Positions 62,571 through 64,000 of a stretch of DNA of 64,000 nt are shown here, in pieces (positions within the stretch are counted from its first letter, which is position 1; every line of letters begins with the position of its first letter). This DNA comes from Pseudomonadota bacterium (GTDB taxonomy: Bacteria > Pseudomonadota > Gammaproteobacteria > JAKAQQ01), in assembly GCA_021810635.1 (NCBI GenBank), contig JAJZIH010000004.1:76131-140130 (forward strand), in the 5' to 3' direction. The position numbers were made by a program, and so were the translations under genes. The notes beneath the pieces were generated by a model. That model saw nothing but the letters and a program-made list of their open reading frames with translations. It ran no database searches and was not told the DNA's origin.

Positions 62571-63602
62571 GTGGTTTCCGAACTGGATTTTCTCGATTCC
62601 GCCTTGGCCGCCATCTCCTCTGCCAGCACCCTCGTTGAACTGGACCGGGTTCGGGTGCATTGGCTGGGACGGAACGGGGTTCTGCCGGAGGCGTTCCGTG
62701 AGTTGGCGACCCTGCCCGCGACGGAACGAAATGCCACCGGGCAGCGACTGAACCGCGCCCGGGATGCGATTGAGGATGCGGTCCGGAAGCGGCGTCATGT
62801 CCTTGAAGCCGAGGCGGTCGAAAAACAACTGGCCCGGAAGCGGATTGATGTCACCCTGCCTGGCCGGGGCACCCTGCCTGGCACCCTGCATCCGCTGACA
62901 CAGGCCCGGCTTCGCATCGAGGCCTATTTTTTGGGCTCTGGCTTTACCATTGCGACCGGACCCGAGATCGAAGACGACTTCCACAACTTCACAGCGCTCA
63001 ATATGGGGCCGGATCATCCGGCCCGGGCCGCGCATGATACGTTTTATCTCGAAGAGACGGTCCTGCTACGGACCCACACATCCCCCGTACAGGTTCGTGC
63101 CCTCAAGCGCTGGCCCCCTCCCTTGCGGATCATCGCTCCGGGAAGGGTCTACCGTCGAGATTCAGACCTGACCCATACGCCCATGTTTCACCAGATTGAG
63201 GGCCTGGTCGTGGACCAGGGAATTACCTGGGCGGAGATGACCGGCGTGCTGACCGACTTCCTGCATGATTTTTTTACGGATCGCCTGAACATCCGGTTTC
63301 GTCCTTCCTATTTCCCTTTTACCGAGCCCTCGGCGGAAGTCGATCTTGAGTGTTTTTTTTGCGCCCGGCGGGGATGTCGCGTTTGCAAGCAGTCCGGCTG
63401 GATTGAGGTTCTCGGTTGTGGTCTGGTGCATCCTCAGGTCTTCCGTCAATCCGGACTGGATCCGGACGAATGGTCCGGACTGGCGTTTGGGATGGGAGTC
63501 GAACGGCTGGCCATGCTCAAGTACCGCATTGGCGATATTCGTTGGTTTTACGACAATGACCTGCGTTTTCTGACCCCCGCCCCGGTTGCCTCGGGGCCAT
63601 GA
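62571..63602 (+). CDS. pheS: Phenylalanine--tRNA ligase alpha subunit
   Basis: 343 aa. Motifs: HPLT, PEIEDDFHNFTALN.P.DHPAR, LLRTHTSPVQ, FRPSYFPFTEPS, GMG.ERLAML. GGAGG upstream of GTG 62571. Confidence 0.95.
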   Translation: MVSELDFLDSALAAISSASTLVELDRVRVHWLGRNGVLPEAFRELATLPATERNATGQRLNRARDAIEDAVRKRRHVLEAEAVEKQLARKRIDVTLPGRGTLPGTLHPLTQARLRIEAYFLGSGFTIATGPEIEDDFHNFTALNMGPDHPARAAHDTFYLEETVLLRTHTSPVQVRALKRWPPPLRIIAPGRVYRRDSDLTHTPMFHQIEGLVVDQGITWAEMTGVLTDFLHDFFTDRLNIRFRPSYFPFTEPSAEVDLECFFCARRGCRVCKQSGWIEVLGCGLVHPQVFRQSGLDPDEWSGLAFGMGVERLAMLKYRIGDIRWFYDNDLRFLTPAPVASGP

Positions 63603-64000
63603 AAATTACCCGCCGGTGGCTCGAGGACTGGCTCCCGATCCGCATGGGAGACCGCCGCTTGCGGGACCGACTCACCGAAGGAGGCCTCGAGGTTGAGGCC
63701 GTCCAAATTTTGTCCGCCCCCTTTTCCGGTGTCCGGGTGGCCCGGATCCGGTCGGTGGATGATCTGCCGGATGGCCGGCTCCGGGTCTGTCAGGTCGAGT
63801 CGGCCGCTCAGCTGGCTGTCGTTGTTTCGGGAGCCCCGAACCTCCACCCCGGTCAGTGGGTGGTCTGGGCGCCGCCGGGAGCCCGTCTCCCGGGCCGCGA
63901 TCCGCTCACTGATCGGCATTTTGGGGATGTGGTCTCCTGTGGCATGCTCTGTTCCGAACAGGAGCTCGGGATTGGAGCCCGTGCCGACCGGATTCTGGAG
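63600..64000 (+). CDS. pheT: Phenylalanine--tRNA ligase beta subunit, N-terminal 133 aa (continues beyond the window)
   Basis: Absent from the track because there is no stop in the window. ATGA overlap with pheS. Hand translation: MKITRRWLEDWLPIRMGDRRLRDRLTEGGLEVEAVQ...VRVARIRSVDDLPDGRLRVCQV..., the tRNA-binding (OB) N-terminus typical of PheT. Confidence 0.9.

Overview
GC-rich proteobacterial chromosomal segment. The synteny (surE-pcm-nlpD-rpoS, prfB-lysS, ftsK-lolA-rarA, thrS-infC-rpmI-rplT-pheST, pyrG-kdsA-ftsB) is typical of Gammaproteobacteria and close relatives. About 70 features are supported, and most are housekeeping genes. Four things stand out. (1) A ten-gene, translationally coupled minus-strand operon (6729-16714) encodes a stripped-down aryl-polyene/xanthomonadin-type lipid assembly and export set: ACP, adenylating ligase, LPLAT acyltransferase, LolA-like protein, MMPL exporter, KS, Cys-less KS partner and GT2. 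It has no KR, DH or TE genes and is coupled to a DUF3311/SSS symporter pair whose symporter is frameshifted. (2) A 2,558-bp ISL3-family element (53255-55812) has 25-nt inverted repeats and a perfect 8-bp target duplication. It carries an AbiEii-type nucleotidyltransferase toxin module as cargo and sits in the last codons of uvrB, 113 bp upstream of tRNA-Val. A decayed DDE transposase lies on the other side of that tRNA. (3) A hipBA toxin-antitoxin pair plus an IS607-type relic is wedged between infA and trxB. (4) An sdh operon is bracketed by both known flavoprotein assembly-factor families (DUF1674/SDHAF4-like and SdhE), with ygfZ divergent. Classical recoding and regulatory signals are directly visible: the prfB +1 frameshift site and a non-AUG (AUC) infC start. 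All family assignments rest on motifs recognised by eye with no database search. Start codons are often uncertain in this GC-rich DNA. Many long ORFs in the track are antisense or off-frame artefacts. Two partial genes at the window edges (tricorn-like at 1-1741, pheT at 63600-64000) are absent from the ORF track because they lack an in-window stop.
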